Positions 36,248 through 44,903 of a stretch of 64,000 nt of DNA are shown here, piece after piece. The position numbers and the translations under genes are program-made. The notes under the pieces are model-generated. The model saw only the letters and a list, made by a program, of their open reading frames with translations, did not search any database and was not told the DNA's origin. The stretch covers positions 20,113 to 84,112 of the forward strand of contig JBBDWO010000007.1 in NCBI GenBank assembly GCA_040902765.1, written 5' to 3'. Position 1 is the first letter of the stretch. Every line of letters starts with the position of its first letter. Source of the DNA: Acidimicrobiia bacterium (GTDB taxonomy: Bacteria > Actinomycetota > Acidimicrobiia > Spongiisociales > UBA11373).

Positions 36248-37786
36248 TCAGGGACTTATGTCCCCCACCACTTGGAACGTCCTGATGATCTCGTCGAGTG
36301 CAGCCACGTCGGCGTCGGTCGCCACCGACACCTGCAGGTAGACCAGGAAGCTGAAGTCCGGCGGCTCGGCGGCGATGACGTAGAACAGACTGCCCTCGGG
36401 GCCGCAGTTCTCGTACGAATCGAAGACGCCGACGTACAGTCCGTCGTCATACTCGAACCGCCCCAGATAGTCGCATTGGTCGTCGAAACGCCCAGCGTCG
36501 AGGACTTCGTCGGGACTCATGCCGAGCAGCTGGGATGCGCCGAAGAACAGCCCGGGGATGCCCCAAGATTCTGCCCACATGGCGAGGTCCGGAGAGGCGC
36601 TCAGGAAGCGTCCCGCCTCGAACCCGTTGTAGTTCCAGATGCCCGACGCCACGTCGAACCACTGATCGGGCACGCTCACCTGGAGCGAACCGGAGTCGTC
36701 GGTGATGATTGAGTAGGTGTACGCGTCCGTCCCTGGGGGTTGTGGGTCTTCGTTGCCGGTGCCCTGGCCGGGGAGGTTGACCTCCTCCAGTTCCCGCCCG
36801 TTGATCTGGCCGCGCAGCACCTGGTCGGTCGCTGGCCGGTACACGTCTATGGCGAGCACGTCGTCCACCAAGCGGGTGCGCAGCACGTCGCAGTAGTCGC
36901 CCATGGTCCCGTCCTCGCCGAGCCGCAGGCCCTCCAGGGAGGTGACCAGATCACCGCCCTGGACCCCGGCCACGTCGGCGGGAGAGCCCGACTTCACCGA
37001 GAACACCCAGATGCCGGAGAACCCCTCGACGATGAACGCCTCGCCGTTGATCCCAAGGCTCTCGACGTCGGTCCCCTCGCTGAGTTGGTCGATCACCGGC
37101 CGGGCGATGTCCCGGGCGAGAGCGAACCGCTGGCCCACGTTGTTGTTGGCGTAGTGGACCGCCACCACCCGGCCGTCTTCGCTGACCACCGGCCCGCCCG
37201 AGTTTCCCCCATGGGTGGCAGCGGTGTGTTCGATGACGGCGTCGTTGGAAGACCACGGGGTGTTCCCGTCGACCCGGTCCTTGGAAACGATGCCTTCGAG
37301 GAGGGTGTACTCCGGGTCGCCCAGGGGGTATCCGGCGGCGTAGACCCTCAGGCCGGTGGTGATCGGCCCGTCGTACCACTCCAGGTAGGGGAACCCGTCT
37401 CCGGCGATGTCGATGACCGCCAGGTCGTTGCACTCTGAGACCCCAACGATCCGGGCGTTGAGCGGCTGGTCGTGACCCTGGACGTACACGTCGAGGGTGG
37501 CGGCTCCGGTGACCACGTGGTTGTTGGTCACTGCCAACCCGCTGGGGTCGATGATGAAGCCCGAGCCGGCGCCGGGGACGTTGATCTGGGTCCCCTCGAA
37601 TGGGTCGACGAAGGTGCCTCGGGCGACGATCTGTACGGTCGCCGACCGCACGCCTTGCAGGCTGGTGACCGCCCCTCCCGAATCCGGCGTGGTCGTCGGG
37701 GCGGTGGACGTGGTGGTGGTTGCGCCGTCGTCGCCACAGGCGGCGACGACCAGCAGCATCGCCATCATCAGAGCAAAGCGTCTCAC
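36248..37786 (-). CDS. trypsin-like serine protease (S1C/HtrA-like) lipoprotein with a PDZ domain and an extra C-terminal domain
   Basis: Catalytic blocks TNNHVV, DLAVIDI and GNSGGPVV, and a PDZ-like GSPADVAGVQGGDLV. I prefer the GTG at 37786, which is preceded by GGGAGC and gives the lipobox signal MMAMLLVVAAC. The ORF track starts at 37870. Confidence 0.8.
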   Translation of the reverse strand: MRRFALMMAMLLVVAACGDDGATTTTSTAPTTTPDSGGAVTSLQGVRSATVQIVARGTFVDPFEGTQINVPGAGSGFIIDPSGLAVTNNHVVTGAATLDVYVQGHDQPLNARIVGVSECNDLAVIDIAGDGFPYLEWYDGPITTGLRVYAAGYPLGDPEYTLLEGIVSKDRVDGNTPWSSNDAVIEHTAATHGGNSGGPVVSEDGRVVAVHYANNNVGQRFALARDIARPVIDQLSEGTDVESLGINGEAFIVEGFSGIWVFSVKSGSPADVAGVQGGDLVTSLEGLRLGEDGTMGDYCDVLRTRLVDDVLAIDVYRPATDQVLRGQINGRELEEVNLPGQGTGNEDPQPPGTDAYTYSIITDDSGSLQVSVPDQWFDVASGIWNYNGFEAGRFLSASPDLAMWAESWGIPGLFFGASQLLGMSPDEVLDAGRFDDQCDYLGRFEYDDGLYVGVFDSYENCGPEGSLFYVIAAEPPDFSFLVYLQVSVATDADVAALDEIIRTFQVVGDISP

Positions 37787-38007
37787 TTGGTTGCTCCCAT
37801 CGGTGTCGCGAGGCGACTGTTCGAGCGTCCCCCGGCTCTTGTTCCGCCGACTGTACACCGCGGCCCCCATCCCTGGCGTGCGTTCACTGAGCGGCCGATG
37901 GGGGCTTGGCGGCGCCCCACGACCCGAACGGATGTCGCGCTCCGATCGCGTCGGTTTTGGCAGGTGTCAGGCATGTAGCGAGCAGGTGGTTGGAGGTCTG
38001 CCGAGGG

Positions 38008-38059
38008 TTAGCCCTCCTCCGTCCGAACCCTTCGGGCCGATCCCCCCTCTTCGGGAGTC
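38008..38059 (+). repeat. MITE-like element, decayed U1 copy
   Basis: TTAGCCCTCCTCCGTCCGAACCCTTCGGGCCGATCCCCCCTCTTCGGGAG resembles 35107-35165 with several changes. It lies just downstream of the clpB stop. Confidence 0.5.
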
Positions 38060-38073
38060 AGCCGCCCCCGACC

Positions 38074-40641
38074 TCAGCGAATCGCCAACTCCTCACCATC
38101 CACGTCGATGGTCACTGTCGACTCAGCAGTCACCCGGCCCTCTAGCAACTCGAGCGCGAGCCGGTCCTCGATGGCGGTGCGGATGAGTCGTTTTAGCGGC
38201 CTCGCCCCGTAGTCCGGGTCGTAGCCGTGCTCGGCCAGCCAGGTCATCGCGTCTTCGGTGACTTCGAGACTGATTTCCCGCCCGGCGAGGCGGCGGCGCA
38301 GGCCCTCCATCTGGATGGCGACGATCTGGCGCAGATTCTCCTGGGTGAGGCGACGGAACACGATGGTGTCGTCGAGCCGGTTCAAGAACTCGGGTCGGAA
38401 GTGCTGCCGCACCACCGCCATCACCCGCTCGGTGATCTCCTCGTCGTCGATCCCGTGGGTGATCAACTCGGACCCGAGGTTGGATGTCATGATCAGGATG
38501 GCGTTGGAGAAGTCGACCGTGCGGCCCTGCCCGTCGGTGAGTCGCCCGTCGTCGAGCAGCTGGAGCAGTGTGTTGAACGCATCGGGGTGTGCTTTCTCCA
38601 CCTCGTCGAGCAGGACCACCGAGTACGGGCGGCGGCGTACCGCTTCGGTCAGCTGGCCGCCCTCCTCGTAGCCGATGTAGCCGGGCGGGGCGCCGATGAG
38701 GCGGCTGACGGCGTGGCGCTCCATGTACTCGGACATGTCGATGCGGACCATGGCTCGCTCATCGTCGAACAGGAACTCGGCCAGGGCTCGGGCCAGCTCC
38801 GTCTTGCCGACGCCGGTGGGGCCGAGGAACAGGAACGACCCGATGGGGCGGCCCCGCTCAGCGAGCCCGGCGCGGGAGCGTCGGATGGCGTTGGCGACGG
38901 CGGCGACGGCGGGGTCCTGGCCCACGACACGCTCGTGGAGTTGCTTCTCCAGGTGGATGAGCCGCTCGACCTCGCCCTCCAGGAGCCGCGACACCGGGAC
39001 CCCGGTCCAGCGGCTCACCACCTGGGCGACGTCCTCCTCGTCGACCTCCTCCTTGAGCATCGTCATCTCCGCCTGGAGGTCGGCGAGAGCTTGGTGCTGC
39101 TCGTCGAGGGAGGCCTCGAGGTTGGGGATGGTCCCGTAGCGCAATTCGGCGGCGCGCTGTAGGTCGCCGGACCGTTCGGCCCGCTCCGACTCGGTACGGG
39201 CGCTCTCAACCCGCTCCTTGGTATCACGCAAAGCGGCGATCGCCTCCTTCTCGGCGCTCCAGTGCTCCATGAGGCGGTCCATCTCGGTGGAGAGTCCTTC
39301 GTACTCCTCGGCGAGCGCTTCCAGGCGCTTGGCCGAGGCGGTGTCGCTCTCCTTGGCGAGGGCGGCGCGCTCGATGTCGATCTGGCGGCGGCGTCGCTCC
39401 AGCTCGTCGATCTCCTCGGGCATCGAGTCGATCTCGATGCGCAGGCGGCTGGCGGACTCGTCGATCAGATCGATGGCCTTGTCGGGGAGGTGGCGGCCGG
39501 TGATGTAGCGGTCGGAGAGCACAGCGGCGGCGACCAGGGCGGCATCGGTGATGCGCACGCCGTGGTGGACCTCGTAGCGGTCCTTGAGACCGCGCAGAAT
39601 CCCGATCGCCTCTTCGACGCTGGGCGGCTCGACGAGCACCGGCTGGAAGCGGCGCTCCAGGGCGGCGTCCTTCTCGATGTGCTTGCGGAACTCGTCGAGG
39701 GTGGTGGCGCCGATCATGCGCAGCTCACCGCGGGCCAGCATCGGCTTGAGCATGTTGGAAGCGTCCATGGCACCTTCGGCGGCGCCGGCACCGACGACGG
39801 TGTGCATCTCGTCGAGGAAGGTGATGATCTCGCCGGCGGCGGCGCGGATCTCATCGAGTACCGCCTTGAGGCGCTCCTCGAATTCCCCGCGGTACTTGGC
39901 GCCGGCCACCATGGCGCCTAGGTCGAGGGCGATGACCCGCTTGCCCTTGAGCCCCTCTGGCACGTCGCCGTCGACGATGCGAGCGGCGAGCCCCTCGACG
40001 ATGGCGGTCTTGCCGACGCCGGGCTCGCCGATGAGGACCGGGTTGTTCTTGGTGCGGCGCGTGAGCACTTGGATGACCCGGCGGATCTCGTCGTCACGAC
40101 CGATGACCGGGTCGAGCCGACCGCGGCGTGCCTGTTCCACCAGATCGCGGCCGTATTGCTCCAGGGCGTTCATCGGCGCCTCGGGGTCGGCGCTGGTGAC
40201 GCGATGCGGTCCGCGCTGCTCGGCGATGGCGGCGAGCATGGCGTCACGGTTGCCACCCAGCGTCTGCAGGGCTTCGGCGCTGGGGGTCTTCGAGGCGGCG
40301 AGAGCGAGCAACAGGTGCTCTACCGAGACGAAGTCGTCCTTCATCTTGGTGCGTTCCCGGTCGGCGTCCTCGAGCACGGCAACCGATGCCTTGTCGAGCG
40401 CGGCCTCGGCTCCGCCGTGCACGCGGGGGAGGGCGTCGAGGGAGTCGGTCACCCGATTGCGCAGCGACAGGGGGTCGACCCCGACCCTCTCGAGGATCGG
40501 GTGGACGAGACCGTCCGACTCGCCAAGCAGGCCGAGGAGCAGATGCTGCGGCGTGATCGCCTGGTGAGCACGGCGGGTCGCCTCGTCCCTGGCGATGACG
40601 AGCGCCTGGCGCGCCTTGGTGGTGAGCGTGTTCAGGTCCAT
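38074..40641 (-). CDS. clpB: ATP-dependent chaperone ClpB
   Basis: 855 aa. Two AAA+ modules ([16 protein letters not shown]), a long middle coiled coil, and the canonical MDLNTLT start. Confidence 0.96.
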   Translation of the reverse strand: MDLNTLTTKARQALVIARDEATRRAHQAITPQHLLLGLLGESDGLVHPILERVGVDPLSLRNRVTDSLDALPRVHGGAEAALDKASVAVLEDADRERTKMKDDFVSVEHLLLALAASKTPSAEALQTLGGNRDAMLAAIAEQRGPHRVTSADPEAPMNALEQYGRDLVEQARRGRLDPVIGRDDEIRRVIQVLTRRTKNNPVLIGEPGVGKTAIVEGLAARIVDGDVPEGLKGKRVIALDLGAMVAGAKYRGEFEERLKAVLDEIRAAAGEIITFLDEMHTVVGAGAAEGAMDASNMLKPMLARGELRMIGATTLDEFRKHIEKDAALERRFQPVLVEPPSVEEAIGILRGLKDRYEVHHGVRITDAALVAAAVLSDRYITGRHLPDKAIDLIDESASRLRIEIDSMPEEIDELERRRRQIDIERAALAKESDTASAKRLEALAEEYEGLSTEMDRLMEHWSAEKEAIAALRDTKERVESARTESERAERSGDLQRAAELRYGTIPNLEASLDEQHQALADLQAEMTMLKEEVDEEDVAQVVSRWTGVPVSRLLEGEVERLIHLEKQLHERVVGQDPAVAAVANAIRRSRAGLAERGRPIGSFLFLGPTGVGKTELARALAEFLFDDERAMVRIDMSEYMERHAVSRLIGAPPGYIGYEEGGQLTEAVRRRPYSVVLLDEVEKAHPDAFNTLLQLLDDGRLTDGQGRTVDFSNAILIMTSNLGSELITHGIDDEEITERVMAVVRQHFRPEFLNRLDDTIVFRRLTQENLRQIVAIQMEGLRRRLAGREISLEVTEDAMTWLAEHGYDPDYGARPLKRLIRTAIEDRLALELLEGRVTAESTVTIDVDGEELAIR

Positions 40642-40674
40642 GGGAGTGTCAACACATATCTTATTCGTGGTGTT

Positions 40675-40693
40675 CCACTAAATATGAGTGGAG
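40675..40693. promoter_or_regulatory. inverted repeat upstream of clpB
   Basis: TCCACT-AAATATG-AGTGGA, with 6-nt arms and a 7-nt spacer. It shares the core TGAGTGG/CCACTCA with two sites upstream of dnaK (54765-54771 and 54795-54801). Confidence 0.3.
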
Positions 40694-40705
40694 AGGGCGC
40701 AATGC

Positions 40706-40726
40706 GCGTTTCACGATTCGCGGTTC
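40706..40726. repeat. short heptamer array (GCGNTTC, 3 units) upstream of clpB
   Basis: GCGTTTC ACGATTC GCGGTTC. Confidence 0.5.
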
Positions 40727-40787
40727 GCCTGAGTTCTCGGAATGCTCGGGTCCCCGGGCCGGTTGGCCCTGAGAAAGAGGAGTCCCA

Positions 40788-41072
40788 TTGGCCAAGGCAT
40801 ATTGGAACGACACGCTGATCGCTGAGAGTGATGACACCGTCGTCGTCGAGGGCAACCACTACTTTCCCCGAGCCGCCATCGACGACACCTACTTTCGGGA
40901 GACCGACCATCACACGGTGTGCTCGTGGAAGGGCGTCGCCTCGTACTTCGATGTGACCATCGACGGCGAGATCAATTGCAATGCCGCCTGGTACTACCCG
41001 GAGCCGTCTCCGGCGGCCGAGCACATCCGCGGCCGGGTCGCCTTCTGGAAGGGCGTCAGGGTCGAGCAGTGA
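40788..41072 (+). CDS. DUF427 domain protein
   Basis: 94 aa. TTG start behind AAGAGGAG. Hallmarks VVEGNHYFP, TVCSWKG.ASYF, AAWYY and RVAFWKGV. Confidence 0.8.
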   Translation: MAKAYWNDTLIAESDDTVVVEGNHYFPRAAIDDTYFRETDHHTVCSWKGVASYFDVTIDGEINCNAAWYYPEPSPAAEHIRGRVAFWKGVRVEQ

Positions 41073-41096
41073 CCGGCGCAGGCAGAACGCCGGGGA

Positions 41097-41333
41097 ATGT
41101 CGAGTTCGAGAACTAACCGGCCGACCTCACGACGCGACCGTCCCCCTCCGTTCTTGGTGGAAAACGACCAGCACAGTGTGTGTCCCTGGAAGGGCACGGC
41201 CGCGTACTTCGACATAGTGGTCGACGGCCAGACCAACCGTGGGGCTGCCTGGTACTACGCCGATCCCAAGCCAGCCGCCGAGGAGATCCGAGATCGGGTC
41301 GCCTTCTGGAAGGGCGTGGCAGTCGAAGCCTGA
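41097..41333 (+). CDS. truncated DUF427 paralog (C-terminal half only; possible pseudogene)
   Basis: 78-aa ORF. Residues from FLVENDQHSVCPWKGTAAYFD onward align to the neighbouring DUF427. The N-terminal beta strands are missing, and the 5' part is replaced by a sequence resembling the repeat-element terminus. Confidence 0.5.
   Translation: MSSSRTNRPTSRRDRPPPFLVENDQHSVCPWKGTAAYFDIVVDGQTNRGAAWYYADPKPAAEEIRDRVAFWKGVAVEA
41125..41151 (+). repeat. terminus-like fragment of the MITE-like element at the 5' end of the truncated DUF427 copy
   Basis: CCTCACGACGCGACCGTCCCCCTCCGT compared with the element terminus CCTCGCGACGCGTCTGGCCTCCCCCTCCGT. Confidence 0.45.
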
Positions 41334-41383
41334 ACGAGGGTGCTGGCGAAGCCGCTCGCACCGGAATAGTCGGGGGAGTGTTG

Positions 41384-42142
41384 CTAGCCGTGGTCTCCAG
41401 CCACGACCCGGGCCAGCGCGGCCGAATCGTCGACACGGATCACGCGGTATGCGGTCGACACCGCTCCCATGTCCCGCAGGGAGGCGAGTGCTTCGTTGAC
41501 GCTCTGCCGGCTGGTGCCCAGCAGGGACGCGATCTCAGCCTGCGACATGCGGACCTCACCGTGGATCGCGGCCTCTTCAAGGATGAGGTCGGCGACCTGA
41601 GCTACCACCGTGCCATGCATTAGACGAATGATCCGCCGATGTGCGGACTCGAGTTGCCGTAGACCGGCGACAAGCCACCGCAGGCACAGTGCGGGTTGCC
41701 GAGCAAGTTCGGGTACGAGACGATCCCGATCGAAACGCAGCGCCCGCACCTGCGTAACCGCCCGAGCCCCGGACAGGTAGAGCCCCTCGCCGAACATGGC
41801 GATATCGCCGAGCACCGCGCCCGGTCCGACCCTGGCCACGACCCGGCGGCGTCCCGCATGATCGCGGTACAGGTGCACGGTGCCGTCGCGGATCAGGTAG
41901 GCGGCGCTCGCCGGCTCCCCTTGACGGAACAGGTGCGATCCGACGAACCGAGAGATTGGCTCGGCGACCGCCTCGAGAACCTCTAGATCTGCCGGCCCAA
42001 GAGGCAGGTAGTCAGGGTGCCCGAACGATCGTGCCATCCACGCCAGGTGCTGGTCATCTGAGAGGGTCACGGCATCCTCGGGTGGCTGGCTGTCCTGCTC
42101 GTCAACCATAGACTCGAACCGGGTTGGGTGATCTCGGTTCAT
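41384..42142 (-). CDS. Crp/Fnr family transcriptional regulator
   Basis: 252 aa. A cNMP-binding-like beta barrel (LFRQGEPASAAYLIRDGTV) and a C-terminal HTH (SQAEIASLLGTSRQSVNEAL). 4-nt overlap with ccdA. Confidence 0.85.
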   Translation of the reverse strand: MNRDHPTRFESMVDEQDSQPPEDAVTLSDDQHLAWMARSFGHPDYLPLGPADLEVLEAVAEPISRFVGSHLFRQGEPASAAYLIRDGTVHLYRDHAGRRRVVARVGPGAVLGDIAMFGEGLYLSGARAVTQVRALRFDRDRLVPELARQPALCLRWLVAGLRQLESAHRRIIRLMHGTVVAQVADLILEEAAIHGEVRMSQAEIASLLGTSRQSVNEALASLRDMGAVSTAYRVIRVDDSAALARVVAGDHG

Positions 42143-42999
42143 TCCTTGTGACTCTTGCGTTGTGAGGGATTGTGAGGGAGGGGCGGGGCGCCGTTATCCG
42201 CTGCCAGCCCGACGCCGAGTGCGACGATGGCGATGGCGACCAGTCCCGCGACCATCGGCTGCGCGGCAACGATGCCTGCGACCGATGCTGCGGTGCGTTC
42301 GATCCACCGGACCAGTGGGCTACCGGTGAGCGCGACCGCACCCGACGAGAGGACCGTTGCCCAGTGCCAGGCGATCAGCCCACCGGCGCCGATCAGCGTC
42401 ACCCCGGCGATGATGTGCAGTCGCGCTGCCAGAGGCCGAATGCGCTCCACGATCCGGTCGCGACCGAGCCCGATCGCAACGGTGATCACCGTGACGGACA
42501 GCGCCATACCCAATCCGTAGGCAGCAAACGTGATCAGTCCTTCACCGACCGAACCGCCGGCGATCGCACCGGCGGTCAGGCTGAGGAAGATGGGCAGGGT
42601 GCACGCCAGCGAAGCCACTCCATAGGACGCCCCGAAGGTGAACATGCCGGCGAAGGTGCGGTCCTTGGTGCCGCGACCACCCGGCCTGAGTGCAGGCAGC
42701 AGATCTCGCCCGGCGACCATGGCAATCCCAAGGACCACGAATCCGATGCCGATCACGAGTGCGATCCACGGGATCCACGTGATGATGGCGCGTACGCCGA
42801 GGGTCACGAAGGCGCCAGCGACGACAAACACGACGACAAAGCCAGCAGATACGGCTCCGGCGACGGCAAGCACCGGCCGGCGCAGATCCGGCCCGTCGCC
42901 GATGAACAGACCCAGATATGCGGGGAGCATGGCGAACCCGCACGGGTTGACGGTCGACACCATGCCGGCGGCGAATGCCGCCGCCAAGACCGCGCTCAC
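42139..42999 (-). CDS. ccdA: cytochrome c biogenesis protein CcdA (DsbD-type transmembrane thiol electron transporter)
   Basis: 286 aa. Conserved Cys in TM1 (VNPCGFAMLP) and in TM4 (VASLACTLPIF). GTG start overlapping the tlpA stop. Confidence 0.85.
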   Translation of the reverse strand: MSAVLAAAFAAGMVSTVNPCGFAMLPAYLGLFIGDGPDLRRPVLAVAGAVSAGFVVVFVVAGAFVTLGVRAIITWIPWIALVIGIGFVVLGIAMVAGRDLLPALRPGGRGTKDRTFAGMFTFGASYGVASLACTLPIFLSLTAGAIAGGSVGEGLITFAAYGLGMALSVTVITVAIGLGRDRIVERIRPLAARLHIIAGVTLIGAGGLIAWHWATVLSSGAVALTGSPLVRWIERTAASVAGIVAAQPMVAGLVAIAIVALGVGLAADNGAPPLPHNPSQRKSHKE

Positions 43000-43508
43000 G
43001 ACAGCAGCTCACTCTCGATGATGCGTCGGAGATCGTCCGCAAAGAGCACACCGTTGTGCACGCGCACCACGAGCCCATCGCTGTCGATGAACACCGTGGC
43101 TGGCATCGCGATCGCCCCAAACTCTCGATAGAGAGCTCCGTCGCGATCGTGGACCAGCCGGTAATCCACGCCGGTCTCCTCTATGAGATGCATGGCACCA
43201 TCGAGGCTGATCTCCTGCACGTTGAATCCGAGGAACACGACGTCGCCGGCCGTTTCCCGGGAGACCTCGGCAAAGTCGGGTAACTCGGCGATGCAGGCTG
43301 GGCACCACGACGCCCAGAAGTTGATAACCACCGGCGTGCCAGCGAAGTCCGCCAGGTCGCCGGTCGCGCCGTCGAAAAACTCGATCGGGGCACGTACCGG
43401 GTCACCCCGGACATCGTGGCGCGACGCGGTCCAGTTAGAGACCACGGCTGCTGCAATGACGGCGGTGGCGGCGACGGCGAAGGCGAGGCGCCTGTTGACT
43501 CGGCTCAT
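42996..43508 (-). CDS. TlpA/ResA-like membrane-anchored thioredoxin
   Basis: 170 aa counted from the ATG at 43508. Signal anchor, then VINFWASWCPACIAE (WCPAC active site). Confidence 0.85.
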   Translation of the reverse strand: MSRVNRRLAFAVAATAVIAAAVVSNWTASRHDVRGDPVRAPIEFFDGATGDLADFAGTPVVINFWASWCPACIAELPDFAEVSRETAGDVVFLGFNVQEISLDGAMHLIEETGVDYRLVHDRDGALYREFGAIAMPATVFIDSDGLVVRVHNGVLFADDLRRIIESELLS

Positions 43509-43668
43509 GGTGTGTTCTCCGGTGGGGGTGTCGTGGTGGAGCTTTCGCCTGGTTGGCCAGGGTGTTGGTTGTCGTTGAGGACAACCGCCCCGAATGCGAG
43601 TCCCGTCCCTGACTGTCCGGTACCCGACATTCGGGGCATACGGTGTGGATGCCGGGGTTTGTCCTGAT

Positions 43669-44865
43669 ATGTCAGCACGCCCATCCCCACTGCTCGGTCT
43701 CGCCGCGTTGGTATCGCTCGTCGGTACGGCTTGCACCACGAGCGAGACACAGCCTTCGGCACCCAACGGCACGACGGTCGAGGAGATTGCCAGCCCGGTC
43801 GGCACGCTTCCCGATGGCCCGTCGGCTCTCCAGAACATGTTCGACCCGGAGTTCCCCGAGCCCCTCGTCGACCCCGAGCAGATCATCTCGGGAGGTCCTC
43901 CCCCTGACGGGATCCCCCCGATCGATGATCCCCACTTCGTACCGGTCGCCGACGTCGACTGGCTTCGGGATCAGGAGGGTGTGATTGCCGTGGAGATCGA
44001 TGGCGACGCTCGCGCTTACCCGGCGCAAATCCTCATCTGGCACGAGATCGTGAACGACACCGTCGGGGGTGTCCCGGTCTCGGTGACCTACTGCCCCCTG
44101 TGCAACAGCGCGGTGACGTTCGTCCGATCGGTAGAGGGCGTCGAGACGACCTTCGGCACATCGGGTCGGCTGTTCGCCTCCGCGCTGGTGATGTACGACC
44201 GCGCCACCGAGTCTCTGTGGACCCACTTCGACGGGCGTGCGGTGGTCGGCGTACTCGCCGGACAGCGTTTGCAGCCCATTCCATCGCCGTTGCTCTCGTG
44301 GGGCGAGTTCCGCGCTGCCTACCCGGATGGGTTGGTCCTCAACAAGTTCCGAACGGGACACTCCCGCCAGTACGGGTCCAACCCTTACGTGGGATATGAC
44401 GATCCGGACGGCCATCCCTTCTTGTTCAACGGGATCGTCGACGATCGCGCCCGCGCCATGCAGCGAGTCGTCGGGATCGAGCTCGATGGGACGGCGCGAG
44501 CGTGGTCCCTCGACGCGATCTCTGATGGTGAGGCGTCAGTGACGCACGACCAGATCGCAGGCCGCTCGTTGGTCATCTTCTGGCGCGACGGGCAGGCCAG
44601 CGCACTCCACCAGTTCCTGACCGACATCGGGCGAGTGGTGGGCACGGTGGGTGTCTTTTCCCCGCTACTCGAAGGCCAGGAGCTCACCTTTCAGGCGCGA
44701 GAGGACGAGTTTGTCGACGACCAGACCGGTTCTACCTGGGACATCACCGGACGAGCCGTTGCAGGTCCCCTGACCGGAGCGACCCTCGAGCGCCTCCACC
44801 ACCTTGACACGTTCTGGTTCGCCTGGTCGACCTACCAGCCCGATACGTCGCTAATCGAGCCGTGA
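43669..44865 (+). CDS. DUF3179 domain lipoprotein
   Basis: The ATG at 43669 gives a lipobox signal (LAALVSLVGTAC). The DUF3179 core is PPPDGIPPIDDP, WHEIVND and VTYCPLCNS (a CxxC motif). Confidence 0.8.
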   Translation: MSARPSPLLGLAALVSLVGTACTTSETQPSAPNGTTVEEIASPVGTLPDGPSALQNMFDPEFPEPLVDPEQIISGGPPPDGIPPIDDPHFVPVADVDWLRDQEGVIAVEIDGDARAYPAQILIWHEIVNDTVGGVPVSVTYCPLCNSAVTFVRSVEGVETTFGTSGRLFASALVMYDRATESLWTHFDGRAVVGVLAGQRLQPIPSPLLSWGEFRAAYPDGLVLNKFRTGHSRQYGSNPYVGYDDPDGHPFLFNGIVDDRARAMQRVVGIELDGTARAWSLDAISDGEASVTHDQIAGRSLVIFWRDGQASALHQFLTDIGRVVGTVGVFSPLLEGQELTFQAREDEFVDDQTGSTWDITGRAVAGPLTGATLERLHHLDTFWFAWSTYQPDTSLIEP

Positions 44866-44903
44866 CCGCTGCCAGTAGCCCTCGACAAGGAGATTTAGCG
44901 CCC

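Noticed and set aside
40642-40660. TTGACA immediately upstream of the clpB ATG, considered as a possible -35 element.
   Set aside because: It ends only 5 nt from the start codon, so it cannot serve as a -35 for clpB. It is probably coincidental.
43588-43636. Inverted repeat CCCCGAATG-31 nt-CATTCGGGG, and the hairpin GGTTGTC-GTTGAG-GACAACC at 43566-43585, in the tlpA/DUF3179 divergent region. These were considered as a possible Crp/Fnr operator.
   Set aside because: They do not resemble the TGTGA-N6-TCACA or TTGAT-N4-ATCAA consensus. The arm spacing is atypical for a dimeric regulator. I keep it only as a note.
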